A DNA stretch of 64,000 nt, from NCBI GenBank assembly GCA_951406725.2, contig OX597826.1, positions 77,190,001 to 77,254,000 of the forward strand, read 5' to 3'. Positions 13,691-29,034 of this stretch are shown here, one piece after another (within the stretch, counting starts at the first letter, position 1; each line of letters opens with the position of its first letter). The notes under the pieces were generated by a model. That model made no database searches. It saw only the letters and a program-made list of their open reading frames with translations, and had not been told where the DNA came from. The position numbers and the translations under genes were made by a program. Source of the DNA: Octopus vulgaris. Its lineage: Eukaryota.

Positions 13691-14431
13691 TACTAGTTAA
13701 CTGGTAATGAATAGTAAAACTGTTGGAACGTCGATCAAAATATTCGTTTTATATTCTGCGTTCGAATCTTGTCAAAGTGGGCTAAGACTTTGCAGCCCTG
13801 ATTAAAAATTATATACCAGTCAAAACAATGGGAACAATTTTACCGACTGTCCCCTTTCCTGATCACCTACAAATCAACCATGTCTGTTTAGGTTATTTAT
13901 TCAGATATAATGCATCTTAAACCAGATTCTCCACTGACTCGTTCCATTTTTAAGACGGTTAGGGTCTCATTTATTACGGTCTCTGACCTAGTACAACCTA
14001 GATTGTCGGTTGGGAATCTAGCGCTGATGCTAGGGTTACATCAACTATTTATTAAAGGTTAACGCTGATTAATTAATATTCCACAATTACATTTGGATTT
14101 CAGAAGTTGTATTACATAATTATATTTCGTACATAAAGATATACCATTCTATTGCTGGCAAGAATAATTTTGCTATGGTTTCCTCATTCCGAATGCTTAA
14201 ATAATGATTCCGATTCAATCGCTTTTCTGGATTTGATTGATTGACTAAAAACCAACTGAAAATTTGATCTCATCGATTCTCGAAAATGGAAGGGCGAAAT
14301 TTACCTCGATTGCATTTCAGCAGGGCCCGTAAAGGGACGTTGAGAACGGCTTTTATTAAGAATATTTTACAAAGGAAAAAAAAATGTAAAATTTAATTCT
14401 AATTCCTCTGTCCAGTTTATAAAACGTGGAC

Positions 14432-14502
<71 letters not shown>

Positions 14503-14609
14503 AAGCACAGACACACACATACATGTACAATCATTGGTAATATATGAATATATTCATTTATAAAATTTTTATGTATATAATACATACACACAAACACACA
14601 CATCTACAG

Positions 14610-14678
<69 letters not shown>

Positions 14679-14683
14679 TAGAG

Positions 14684-14771
<88 letters not shown>

Positions 14772-14863
14772 GAATTTACAAAATTTAATTTTACTATTTG
14801 ATTTATGAAAAAAACTGAATATATTTTTAATATGTAAGCATATGTGTGTGAACGCATGTCGCC

Positions 14864-14907
<44 letters not shown>

Positions 14908-14919
14908 TTTTTATGCTTT

Positions 14920-15302
14920 TGTTTTACTTGTTTCAGTCATTTGACTGTGGCCATGCTAGAGCATCGCTTTGAAGCGTTTTAGTTGAACAAATTGACTTCA
15001 GGACTTGATCTTTTGACGAACAGGTTAGGTGTGGGAACATAAACAAACCTATGCCGGTTATCAATGGGTGATGGGCAAACAAACACAGACGCAAAGACAC
15101 AGGCACATAGATGTATACATATACATATATAATTATATATCTATATATATAGATATATATACACACACACACACACACATACACGCGACGGACTTCCTTC
15201 AGTTTCAATCTATCAAATCCACATAAGCTCAAGGTGCCACGCAGTGGGACTGAACACGGAACCGTGTGGTTGGTAAGCAAGCTTCTTACCACAGAGCCAC
15301 GA
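14920..15302 (-). mobile_element. SINE family A, near full length
   Basis: Head GTGGCTCTGTGGTAAGAAGCTTGCTTACCAACC...GTTCAGTCCCACTGCGTGGCACC, internal microsatellite, and 3' tail. Confidence 0.85.
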
Positions 15303-15307
15303 CTATT

Positions 15308-15338
<31 letters not shown>

Positions 15339-15999
15339 ATTTAGGAATGTACGTGACTATGTATGTATGTTTGTTATGTATTCGTTCACATAACAGCCGG
15401 AATCCACACAGAGAGACAGACACGCAGTTAGATCCATGGATATAGATTTAGGTAGATTATACGATAATATGAAACGCAATGCGCTTCGCAATAGTTCTAC
15501 AAATTACACGTGCCAACCAATTTGAAGAAAGTGATTAAACAAACCGGACATTTCAACGTTTATATAACAAATTCAGTCCAGTGCAATATTAATTAATTAA
15601 TTAATTCGCACTACAAGCTCTGGCACTGTTTATGCAAATTCCATAGATCAATTTAGTTATATCGTTATTTGTAAAAACTATAAATAACTATACGTCGCAA
15701 ATTTCTATGCGGGGAACAGAAAGTGAGTAATTATTCACTGTTGAAAGGGTTCCAAGTCCAAAGACTCGCCAAATCTGTCTGTTTGTCTGCTATGGATTGA
15801 TAAAGTAATAGCATAACAATAATTTGTGTTCATAAAAACGATTAACCTTGCATTTTAATTAATTGTTAAAAACTGTAGAGAATTGATAAAAAAAACACAC
15901 AAAACAAGTGTGTTTCTGTGTGAGAATTGGCAGTTATAGAGTATTTAAAACTTTAACTGCTCCATATAAATATACAGTCGTGTATGTGAGTATATATAT

Positions 16000-16046
<47 letters not shown>

Positions 16047-16179
16047 AATATTGCAGGGTTGGGCGACAAAGAAACACGCAAAGTACACAAACATGATGTA
16101 AACATGCTCCTTCGTCATAAGTTATCGTCCAAAAATCATAACGATTTCACGCCTTTCACGGTATTTCTATTATTCTTAT

Positions 16180-16409
16180 ATTCTTTCACTTGTTTCAGCC
16201 ATTTGACTGCGGCCATGCTGGAGCACCGTATTTAGTTGAACAAATCGACGCCAGGAGTTATTCTTTGTAACCTTAGTACTTAGTCTTATGCCGAACCGCT
16301 TTGATCGGCCCGAGTCAATACTAGAAGACACTTGCCCAAGGTGCTCAACAGTGGGACTGAACCCGGAACCTTGTGGTTGGGAAGTAAGCTCCTTATCACA
16401 CAGCCACGC

Positions 16410-16410
<1 letters not shown>
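16180..16410 (-). mobile_element. SINE family A with internal deletion
   Basis: Head and body are joined directly to the 3' half; the microsatellite spacer is missing. Confidence 0.8.
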
Positions 16411-16480
<70 letters not shown>

Positions 16481-16489
16481 TACAGATTT

Positions 16490-16529
<40 letters not shown>

Positions 16530-16635
16530 AGATTTATACATACATACATATATATATATGTATAGATTTATACATACATACATACATACATATGCATGTA
16601 TAAATCTATACATATATATATATATATATACATAT

Positions 16636-16668
<33 letters not shown>

Positions 16669-16756
16669 CATACATACATAAATAAATACATATATATATA
16701 TATACATACATGTATGTATAAATACATATATTATATATACATACATATATATATAC

Positions 16757-16801
<45 letters not shown>

Positions 16802-16821
16802 CATATATATGCAGATAGGTT

Positions 16822-16871
<50 letters not shown>

Positions 16872-16876
16872 GAGAC

Positions 16877-16939
<63 letters not shown>

Positions 16940-17092
16940 CTTTAGTAAAAAGCAGCAAAACTATCCCAAAAGTGTTACACAGAGTTTCGTCGGACAGTTT
17001 TGTTAGATTCTAAACAAAAACTGTCCGGCTAACGGGAGTATGGAACTCGGAGTAGCATTTTTTTGTGATATTATTGCTGCTTTTTACTAAAG
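16940..17092. repeat. About 150-bp palindromic element (MITE-like hairpin)
   Basis: Perfect 19-bp terminal inverted repeat CTTTAGTAAAAAGCAGCAA / TTGCTGCTTTTTACTAAAG. Inner stem CGGACAGTTTTGTTAGA / TCTAAACAAAAACTGTCCG. Confidence 0.85.
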
Positions 17093-17209
17093 CACCTGTG
17101 ATATTCGAGTACTATTTTCTACACATTGTTCTGCATTTATGCGCTCATTTTGCTATATATACATATATGTGTGGGTCTGTGTATGCATGTATATATATAT
17201 ATATATATG

Positions 17210-17240
<31 letters not shown>

Positions 17241-17680
17241 GTATATAGATATATAAATATATATCTATAAATAAATATATATATATATTTATATAGATAT
17301 ATAAATATATATCTATATACATGCGTATATATACACATACGCGCACACACACACACACACATATATACATGAATATATTTATATTTGCATATAAATATAT
17401 ATATATACGTGTGCGTGTATATGTGTATGTGTGTATGTGTGTACTTGTGCATACGCATGAAAACAGGCACACACATATACATATGTGCTTGCGTGTATGC
17501 ATGCGTGCGAAAATATATGTACATATATGTATACATACATATATTCATATATACATACATGCATATATATATGTATGTATGTATATATATATGAATATGT
17601 ATATATGCATACATACATACAAGCATATATATTTATATATAAATATATATATACAAGCATATCATATATACATACAACAT

Positions 17681-17735
<55 letters not shown>

Positions 17736-17739
<4 letters not shown>

Positions 17740-17860
17740 AATACAAACTGGGACAAGAATGCAAAATATTTTGGTGACGACACAAAAAACACGGACGGGT
17801 CATTCGAAGGCTTCAATCTTCAATCAAGAACCGGATCATCCTCGCAATTTCGGCTGATTA
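17736..17860 (+). mobile_element. Short dispersed repeat; inverted homologue at 27098-27212
   Basis: CCGGATCATCCTCGCAATTTCGGCT matches the reverse complement of AGCCGAAATTGCGAGGATGATCCGG at 27098. This copy is embedded in (TA)n. Confidence 0.8.
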
Positions 17861-17909
<49 letters not shown>

Positions 17910-18193
17910 GATAAGCTTGTACGTATGTATGTATGTATGTATGTATGTATGTATGTATGTATATATGCAGAGTGGATATAAATATTTATGGATGCATGTG
18001 TACCTCATAATTGGACGCTAGTGAATAATTAGCACTTTTAGAAATATCGGGTGCGATACATCCCTCACATAAAGGACGGCAAATACAAGACCATTCAACC
18101 ACACGGGTGGGAAGTATGTGTGTGTGTGTATATAGTCATATATATGCGTATATGTATATGCATGCACATACATATATACTATATCCACGCACT

Positions 18194-18265
<72 letters not shown>

Positions 18266-18613
18266 CACATATATATATATACATATATATATATTTATAT
18301 ATACTATATGTGATCATGTTTATATATATGTATAAATGTGTGTGTGTCTATGTATGTATATATTTACGTTTATGTATCTTTTGCGTTTTACTTGCTTGAG
18401 TTATTGAACTGCAGTTCCATGCAGGACCACCACCTTTAAGAACTTTAATTGAACGAATCAACTCCAGTAGTTATATTTCTACAACTTTCGTTCATATTTT
18501 AACGACAATCACTACCGAACCGCTAGGTTACATGGCCGTAGAACGCCAACTCTGTTTGTCAAGCGGTTCTAAAGAGCAAACACAGACACAATGACACACA
18601 CACACACACGTTC

Positions 18614-18653
<40 letters not shown>

Positions 18654-19329
18654 CTATTCAATAACATTATAGTGTGCTTTACAAAGCTCTTCCGCGGATA
18701 TCGGCTACCGTATGCTATCATGCAACAGGAATTCTCTTTTCACTGATATTTCATATGAATATCCTTTAATATTCGCTGTGTCCATATAAAAAAAAATTCT
18801 AATAGAATGCACAGGCTTTAATACAAATCATTACAATTCTTTCTGAGTATGTGGAGACGGCAGGTACACGGCTGATGCGGTAATGCAATAATATGCTTAA
18901 TATTCGAAACACCCAACAATTACTAATGTACAACAACAGCAATTGGGCGGATTTGGATTAAAACCTGTTCATTCCATCATCTTGTATTTCAAATTGATAT
19001 ATCAGTATGTATATATATGTGTATGTATGTATGTATGTATGTATGTATGTATGTATGTATGTATGTATGTATGTATGTATGTATGTGTGTGTGTGTGTGT
19101 ATGTATGTGTATCGCGATGATAGATCGTTAGCCACTACACACATTTTTTCTCCCCTTTTTTCTCTCCTTGTTTTTCTCCTTGTTTTTTTTCTGTGTCCCT
19201 TTCCGTACAAGAGCGTAGGCTCAAAACGTAAAAGACTTTTTCTATTCCTGAGTGTTATCCTAATACATCTGTTTGTTTTCTACACCAACTGTCTTCGTCT
19301 TTTGTTTTTTTTCGTAAACTGTCCCCCAC

Positions 19330-19382
<53 letters not shown>

Positions 19383-19620
19383 ATCTATCTATCTATCTAT
19401 CTCTCTATATATATACATACATATATATATATATATACATATATATATACACATACATATATATATATACACACAGACATATATGTATATACGCACACAC
19501 ACATATATTTATAATTATTTATGTGTAATCCTATATATTTTATATATATTTATTTATATATATATATATATATGTGTGTGTGTTATATATAATACATATA
19601 TGTCATATATAATATGTATA

Positions 19621-19667
<47 letters not shown>

Positions 19668-19761
19668 TACCAAATGACCAAGAAGCAAGCAGGGATCATG
19701 AAAGTTACAATTTTGACTGTGATATATAATTACATGTGTAATCTTTTACCTTGCACAAAAC

Positions 19762-19820
<59 letters not shown>

Positions 19821-20366
19821 GTAGATAGGTAGATAGGTAGATAGGTAGATATACACAGGAAAGCAGTGTATGTATGTTTCTGTAGGTGTGCTTTATAAAT
19901 AAAGAATATCTAAATATGACAATATTACGTTGAGTATAATTTCATGCACGTATTATATCAAAGCATTGCTATAATTTATATAAAGTTCAGAGTTCCATTC
20001 TCTAAGCATGGGTTTAGATTTAGTCTTCACTTATTGATAAGTACAATCATACTATGCGGGGAGGTGTGTATGTTCATACATAATTTTATATATATATATA
20101 CATATATATATATATGTGCACACACACACACACATATATTTATAGATATATACATATACATATATACATATATATATACATATATACATACATATATATA
20201 TACATATATACATATATGTGTATGTGTGTGTCTGTGTGTGTATATCTATATACGGATATGTGCATATGGTATATATTAGGTAGATACGTGATATTTACAT
20301 GTATGTGTTTTATATACATTTGTGCGTAATATACAAATATGCACGCATCAATGAAAATTGCATACA

Positions 20367-20408
<42 letters not shown>

Positions 20409-21041
20409 CTTGTATGCATCAGTTTGCGCGCGCGTGGTGTGTGTGTGTGTGTGTGTGTGTGCGTGTGTAAATTTTTGAAAATTTTTTAAAAGTGGCAAGT
20501 TGACATATTACATAACCAATTTCATTAGCTTAGAGTCGTTTCTCAGATATAAGACAACAACACCTTCAGAGCCGATTCCTTACGTATTTCCTTACGCCAC
20601 TCTTGGAGCCTGTAACCTCGCTTGTCACTTTATTTGGGGAAGGCATTTATATACATGTCAAAGATCACCGTTTGAAATATCAGAACGGAAGTTATACCTG
20701 TACATATCTGTTGAGAATCATAATATTCGAATGCAACAGGCTATCCTTCGCCAAACTCCAATCCCTACCCCTAATAATGTGTGTGTGTGTGTGTAATTTT
20801 GTTTTTTAGAGTTTAATTCTCTCTCTATATATATAAAAGACACACCGAAGCGCTCAAGACATTTGAGCCGTAGGAGAAATAGGATTGATATATGCATGTA
20901 GTTTCAATGTGTTTTTCATGTATTTATATATCTATATATTCTCATTGTACGATTTTGTGCGCAGAATATTTTTGTAACGGAATATATCTTATTATTAAAT
21001 GTGTATTGGTAACCCGTCTTTTGTTTCCCATCATTATCTTT

Positions 21042-21094
<53 letters not shown>

Positions 21095-21272
21095 CTGGAG
21101 TACCTGCTGTAGTTGTTTTTTTTAACGTTGTTTGTTTTCCCGTATTTATTAAAGTCAAAAGAAGTTTAATAATTCCATATAAAATTCACATTTGTAGTCA
21201 GAAAATCTCTGTTGAGGTTTATAATTCAGTTTTCTGTGTGTATTTGTGCGTATGTGTGTGTGTGTCTGTATG

Positions 21273-21299
<27 letters not shown>

Positions 21300-21309
<10 letters not shown>

Positions 21310-21322
21310 TTGTGATCATATC

Positions 21323-21365
<43 letters not shown>

Positions 21366-21378
21366 TTGTGATCGTATC

Positions 21379-21421
<43 letters not shown>

Positions 21422-21442
21422 TTGTGATCGTATCTATATGTG

Positions 21443-21482
<40 letters not shown>
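21300..21482 (+). repeat. Three-copy composite minisatellite TACATTTGTGATCRTATCTATATGTG(TA)n
   Basis: Units at about 21305, 21361 and 21417. Confidence 0.9.
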
Positions 21483-21488
<6 letters not shown>

Positions 21489-21855
21489 CATATACGTGTG
21501 TGTGTGTGTGTATCCGGCAATTGCAGCGAACCATGGTCGTTGTCCCGTATAGATAACAAATTACTGGGGGTCTGAGTATTGAACAGATCCGTTTGAAGTC
21601 GTTGTCCCGACACTACCGCCATTGCAACCAAAGAGGGAATCGAGTAACAGAAGAAACTGAACGATATAGGCATTATACATTCGTATACCTCCCCCCCCCC
21701 ACACACACACACTCATATATATATATATATGTATATATATTTATCAAAATAAAAACATGGTGCAAAGGATTTTTATTTTGATAAATATATACTCTATCAC
21801 CCACACCACTAAATGGCATATACAGGTGCTTACAATTATCAAGTATTCACCCTGA

Positions 21856-21913
<58 letters not shown>

Positions 21914-22044
21914 GTATATATGTGTGTGTGTATATATATATATAAAGTATGTGATTGAGTATTATCTGATAATTGATATTTGATTTAGATGTATTTCTCC
22001 ATTTTCTTATCTTGTATATATATGAATATATATTTATATATACT

Positions 22045-22088
<44 letters not shown>

Positions 22089-22157
22089 GAATATATATTT
22101 ATATTTACGTATATGAATATATATTTATATATACGTATACATATATAAGTGTATATG

Positions 22158-22198
<41 letters not shown>

Positions 22199-22513
22199 CG
22201 TATATACATATATTTGTGTAGATTTGTATATATATATATAAGTATGTATCTATATAAGTATGTGTATATATATGTGCATGTGTGTGTGAGTGTACATATA
22301 AATGTATGTATGGATACATGCATGCCCGTATATATATTAAACAGTTATTTGCAGTATAAGAGAAATCGCTTTGTTTCTTTTTTTCCAGTTAATATTCCGC
22401 GGTACAAATATGTTAGATGTAGAAAAAATAAGTGTATACATTCGAATCATATACAGATAGTTACATACATATAGGCACGCACACATAGGCACATGTATAT
22501 GTGTGTGTGTGTG

Positions 22514-22548
<35 letters not shown>

Positions 22549-22752
22549 TTATGCATGTATGTATGTATGAGTGTATGTATGTGTGTATGTATGCGTTCCT
22601 ATATGCATTACGCATATGCATATATATCTATATATGGACCAATACCTATATGCTTTCTTGTATATGCATATTTATATAGTTATATAAGAACTCTGGCTGT
22701 GTATTTGTGTGTGGGTGTGTATGAATATACATACATCTATGCATATATACAT

Positions 22753-22785
<33 letters not shown>

Positions 22786-23111
22786 CGTATGTATGTATGT
22801 ATGTATGTATGTATGCACACACATATATATGCATGTATGTATATATATGTATGTAATATAATATGTATGTCGGTGTATCTAGGCCTGTCTATCTATGCAT
22901 GTGTGTATGTTTTTTTTATGTATGTGTGTTTGAATGTATGCATGCATTTATGAATGTATATATATATATATATATACGTATGCATATACGTATGTAAGTA
23001 CGTCTGTGTGTGTGTGTGTGATTGTACGTGTGTGTGTGTGTCTGTCTGCGAAGTATGTGTGAAAAACCAGCGAGCGAACATGGAAATAACATGTAGGTAG
23101 AACGTACGCAC

Positions 23112-23225
23112 CTGTCTTTGTCCATTAGTATTCCGGTTGTCCAAGAAGCTGGTCTGGAAGTCAGCATCTCGCTGGGGGCACCACCAACTACCTGTTCCTA
23201 CTGTACACTTAGCATTGCAAACCAT
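23112..23225 (-). CDS. Candidate first coding exon of an unidentified gene (MVCNAKCTVGTGSWWCPQRDADFQTSFLDNRNTNGQRQ, phase-0 donor)
   Basis: Unique, balanced-composition island. ATG in GCAATGG context at 23225; donor CAG|GTGCGT at 23112/23111; long purine-rich UTR-like tract upstream. An alternative ATG at 23167 gives MLTSRPASWTTGILMDKD (phase 2). No homology recognised. Confidence 0.35.
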
Positions 23226-23653
23226 TGCTACGTGTTCAATTCCTTCGCCAGGCTGCAAGTTATTCTCAATGGCTGGACCTTTGCTTTCAATGAGGGCGTT
23301 TTTCCTTTGCTTTCTCTTTTCGTTTTATATATTATTTTTTGTTGTTTGTTTCTTTTCTTTCTTGTGCTTATATATTTGGTTGTGATTGGTTATTATTATT
23401 TATTACTATTAGTAGTAGTAGTGGTAGTAGTAATAGTAGTTGCTGCTGCTACCACTGCTGCTGCTGCTGCTGCTGCTGTTCATGATGGTGTATTTATGTT
23501 TTTTATTTTGTTTTTGATGTTGCTTATTTTTTCCCCCTTTTGTTTCAATTTCTTTGCTTTTCCCCCCTAACATATATTTCCGTTCACCTTTCCTTATTTC
23601 TGTTCTCTTTTCTCCTCTCTTTCTCTCTCACTTTCGTTCTCTCTTTCCCTTTA

Positions 23654-23690
<37 letters not shown>

Positions 23691-24762
23691 ATCTATCTAT
23701 CTATCTCTCTCTTTCTCACTCTTTTCCCAATTTCTTTCACCACTCCGAATTTCTCTCAACTCGTTCACAATTTCTTTAACTCTCTCTCTCTCCTTCTCTC
23801 ACTCACCTCTCACTCTCTCTTTCTCTCTGTTTATCTCTCTACCTCTCTTTCTCTCTCACCTGTACATATTCATTTTCCTTCTTCCTCACTTCCGTTCTTT
23901 CTCACTTTTTTTTTTCCCCTTTCCTTCGTGTTTTCTTCCTTCCTTCCTTCCTTCTTTTCCTTCTCTCCTTCCCTTCCTTCTTTTCGTTCCTCTCTTTCCT
24001 CCTGGCCTTATTTCTTTCCTTCGGACATCGTTGTCTCCACTTTTTTCCCGCCTTTTCTCTCGCACCGTTGTAGCAAATCCTTGAATTTAGCCGAAAACCT
24101 CATTCGTGAAATACACGACAAGCGAAATACACTCATCTAGACACGACATACACTCTGTGTACGCCGCAAATGTATGCGTGTATATAATATATATGTGTGG
24201 TTATATGTATGTAGGTTTTTTGCAAATATACATATGTAATCTATACAAGTCTATGAGTGCGTCTTGTATAGAGACTTAATAGAAATGTGTGTGCTTGTGA
24301 ATGTATATACGTTTACATGTGTGTGTGTGTATGTCTGAATATATATCTATGTATATTTATGTATATACATGTGTGTGTGTGTGTGTATGTGTGTGTATGT
24401 GTGCGTGTGTGTGTATATTGTAAGGTTACGAGAGAGAAAAAAAAAACACAGCTTCTGAAAGACAAATGATACACCAGCGACTTAAAACAGATCACATCAC
24501 AACTCCGGGCTGCTTTAGCTTAGTTTGTCTGGCTGACTGACTGACTGGCTTGTTGGCCTGTTTGCTGGCTGGCTTTCTCAGGCTTGCTGGCTTACAGGCG
24601 GGCGGGCTGTGCATGGCTGGTTGGCTGGTTGGCTGGTTGGCTGGCTGGCTGGTTGGCTGGTCGGCTGGCAAGCGGGCTGGCTGGTTGGCTCTTGGCTAAC
24701 AAGGCAGGCTATTTTCTGTCCCGGTTGGTTGCTTCTATTCAACAACCAATTTGCATGCACGC

Positions 24763-24843
<81 letters not shown>

Positions 24844-25472
24844 ATATATATATATATATATATATATACATACATACGTACACACACACATACATACACA
24901 CACTCACTCACTCACTCAGTCACACACACACTCATATATATACATACATGCAAAGATACAAGCATTCATGCATAGAAGCATATATTATTGTGAGTGTATA
25001 TAAGTACACACACACACACATATGTACATTGTATATACATACACCTATATATAGTATATACGTACATAGATAGATAGATAGATAGATAGATGGAATCATA
25101 CACACAAACCCATGTACACAGACACACGCAGGCTCCTACATACACACACACACACACACTCTCTCTCTCTCTCTCTTCTCTCACACACACACACACATAC
25201 AAGCACACACACATATACACACTCACACCCATGCACTGAGAACTTTATAAATTGTAAGCCTGCGCGTGCAGGTGATTTCGCTGTATGTTTATATTTGCTT
25301 CTATGTGGGTGTCCAACGATGAGAAAAAAAGCTTTATTTCATACGCATACACACACAATATGTATGAATGTATATATATATAGGTAGACAGATAGATATG
25401 AATTCACACACACACACAGAGATACACACACACCCACACACACATGTATATATATATGCGCTTGTGTGTGTG

Positions 25473-25505
<33 letters not shown>

Positions 25506-25523
25506 CTATCTCTCATATAACTA

Positions 25524-25638
<115 letters not shown>

Positions 25639-25684
25639 ACATGTATATTCATATATATATATATATATTTGTGTGTGTGTGTAC

Positions 25685-25723
<39 letters not shown>

Positions 25724-25758
25724 GGTGTATAGATATATACGTGCATGTATGTATATAT

Positions 25759-25809
<51 letters not shown>

Positions 25810-25967
25810 AATGAGCAGTGGTGTAGAAAGAGGGTGAGAGAGTGATAAAACGTGAATACGAGATACAAAACACACAGATAAACAAAGAGAAATAAATATT
25901 TAAGAGAGAATAAGAGAAACTGACAGATGGAGAAAGACACACAGACACACGGACAGACAGACAGACC

Positions 25968-25999
<32 letters not shown>

Positions 26000-26259
26000 T
26001 GACAGACAGATAGACGGACAGACTGACAGATAAACGTATAATATTTTTATGAATATTGAAATGCGTGGGGAAATAATGATTAATTTAAATCCATGCGTAC
26101 CTTCATACACACACACAGGCATTTATACATACATATATTAGCTATATATATATATATTAGCTATATATATATATATATATATTAGCTATATATAAATATG
26201 CATGTATATATTAGCTATATAAGCATGTGTGTGCATATGTCAGCATATATGTATAAACA

Positions 26260-26535
26260 GAACGGGACCAAAGCGCCTTCCTGCGTGTGCCCTGGCCACA
26301 TTAGGCTCGTTTCCCAGAGCCAGTAACATATAAAAAAAATAGATGCTGCCCGACCACTCTGGATGGAACGCCGGTCTATCGGAGGATTCCTCATTTTTTG
26401 GTAGCTGAGTGGACTGTGGCAATGTGAAATGAAGTGTTTTGCTCAAGAACAAAACGTACCGTAGGGTCCATGTATCGAAACCGGAGTCTTATGATCGTGA
26501 TTGCGACATCTTAAACCAGTTAGCCATGTGCCTCT
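26260..26535 (-). mobile_element. tRNA-derived CORE-like SINE (family D, OR2-like)
   Basis: GGCACATGGCTAACTGGTTTAAGATG...GGTTTCGATAC head, then TGTTCTTGAGCAAAACACTTCATTTCAC (CORE-like). The family name is from recollection. Confidence 0.65.
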
Positions 26536-26581
26536 TGCGTGTATAAATATATACATAAATACATACACAAACACACACATG

Positions 26582-26623
<42 letters not shown>

Positions 26624-26743
26624 CATATATATACACACACACGTTTTTATGTACATATGTCCATATATACATGTTTATACACCTGTCTTCCTCCCTTGTT
26701 TTTCTGTAAATTTCAACTATATATGGATGTGTGTCTATGTATG

Positions 26744-26782
<39 letters not shown>

Positions 26783-27097
26783 GCACCCATATATACATAC
26801 ATTCATACATACATTCATACATACACGTATGTATGTATACGTAGATATTTTGCTACAAAGAGCCTGTGGATATACACTAACATGAAATATAAATTGATGA
26901 ACTGACATGTGTGTATGTATGTATATACATATATACTCACTGTAATTTCAGCCATCATTGAATGTAAAGATTGTAAAGTTTAATCAGTATTTGTGTGATT
27001 TCCTGCATCGTATTTCTTTTAAAGTGTATGCTTTGTATGCAGGCACGTGTCAATGCTTTATGCGTGTATTTGTATAATATGTGCGTATGTGTATGTA

Positions 27098-27209
27098 GCC
27101 GAAATTGCGAGGATGATCCGGTCCTTGACTGAAGATTAGCGGCTTCGAATGACCCATCCGTGCTCTTTGGACCGTCTATTTGGATGTTTTGCGTTCTTGT
27201 CCCATTTTG

Positions 27210-27212
<3 letters not shown>
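27098..27212 (-). mobile_element. Short dispersed repeat; inverted homologue of 17736-17860
   Basis: Homology as above. On the + strand it carries GCCGAAA...CTGAAGA...TTCGAAT, resembling decayed hammerhead boxes. Confidence 0.75.
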
Positions 27213-27276
<64 letters not shown>

Positions 27277-27493
27277 TTATATGCGTATAAACCTGCATAT
27301 GTAGATACACACACACACACACACACACATTTATATGTATATACATGAATGTATGGCTGTATGCACACTTGTATACACACAAAGCAGACACATACGTGTG
27401 CACATTCATATATATATGTATAACAATTTATATATATTTATAAATACATATATCTATTTATCTATCTGCCTATTCGTCATGTGTTTGTGTGAG

Positions 27494-27535
<42 letters not shown>

Positions 27536-27622
27536 TATTTACATATGTGTGTACGCCTCTCTCTCTTCCTCACTATATATATATATATATATATATTGTA
27601 TATGCTCATATTTTTGTATGTA

Positions 27623-27664
<42 letters not shown>

Positions 27665-27677
27665 AGTATACATGCAT

Positions 27678-27765
<88 letters not shown>

Positions 27766-27879
27766 ATGCATGTATACTTGTATATTTATACACAGTGCTT
27801 ATATATACCTCTGTTTGGATGCGTTGTTTGTGGATGTTGGTGTGGTTGTACGTGTGCGAATATATGTGTATTTATACAT

Positions 27880-27889
27880 ACATACATAG

Positions 27890-27924
<35 letters not shown>

Positions 27925-28208
27925 TACATACATACATACATACATACATACATACATACATACATACACATACATACATACATACATACACATACATACA
28001 TACATACATACATACATACATACATACATACATACATACATACATACATACATACATACATACATACATACATACATACATACATACATACATACATACA
28101 TACATACATACATACATACATACATACATACATACATACATACATACATACATACATACATACATACATACATACATACATACATACATACATACATACA
28201 TACATACA
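27880..28208 (+). repeat. (TACA)n microsatellite
   Basis: Direct reading. A similar tract lies at 29690-30040. Confidence 0.95.
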
Positions 28209-28515
28209 TGCACGCACAGCTACACGCATACATCGATGCCTGCGTCCATCATCGGTGCGCAGTCAACTCTTTGATTGCATCTCTAAGCGTTTCGAAGCAT
28301 TCGTATTTGCGAAAAGGAAGCGAATGAAACGGGGGGGGGGGGGGAATACGTGAGACAGAGAAAGGGAATGAAAGGGGGGGGGGGTTAAGAAAGAAACAAA
28401 AAAAAAAAAGAAACAAACAAACAAACAAAGGAGGAAAGAAAGAAAGAAAGAAAATGAGAAAGAATAAAAAACTTCCGATTCACTGTTAATTTTAATGTGA
28501 AATAGACGCCCGCGC

Positions 28516-28578
<63 letters not shown>

Positions 28579-28957
28579 TTGGTGTACATCTATGTATATA
28601 TATATGCATGTTAAAACACACACTCACCCATATATATATATATATATATATACATACACACACGCACACACGCACCTGTATTCGTACCTGTATAAATGCG
28701 CGCCCATATTGACACTCATATCATACGCGCACACGCATACATACATACGTGATATGTGCGCACGCACCTCTGCGCGTGCACGTGCGTGTGTATGTGAACG
28801 TGGGTGTGCCTGTGTACGTGTGTGTGCGTGTGTCCACAAGTGGTCAGGCATGTATCTATGGATCTATGGATCACCACAAGATCACACTAAGGAAAAGCCG
28901 CGGGTTGTCTAAATTTTGTGAATGAAATTTCGTGGACTGAAATAGCGCTTATAGACA

Positions 28958-29034
<77 letters not shown>

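Noticed and set aside
21536-21680. Minus-strand CAA-TGGCGGTAGTGTCGGGA resembling an LTR end plus primer-binding site; 12-bp direct repeat GTCGTTGTCCCG
   Set aside because: No second LTR or gag/pol nearby, and the tRNA match could not be verified.
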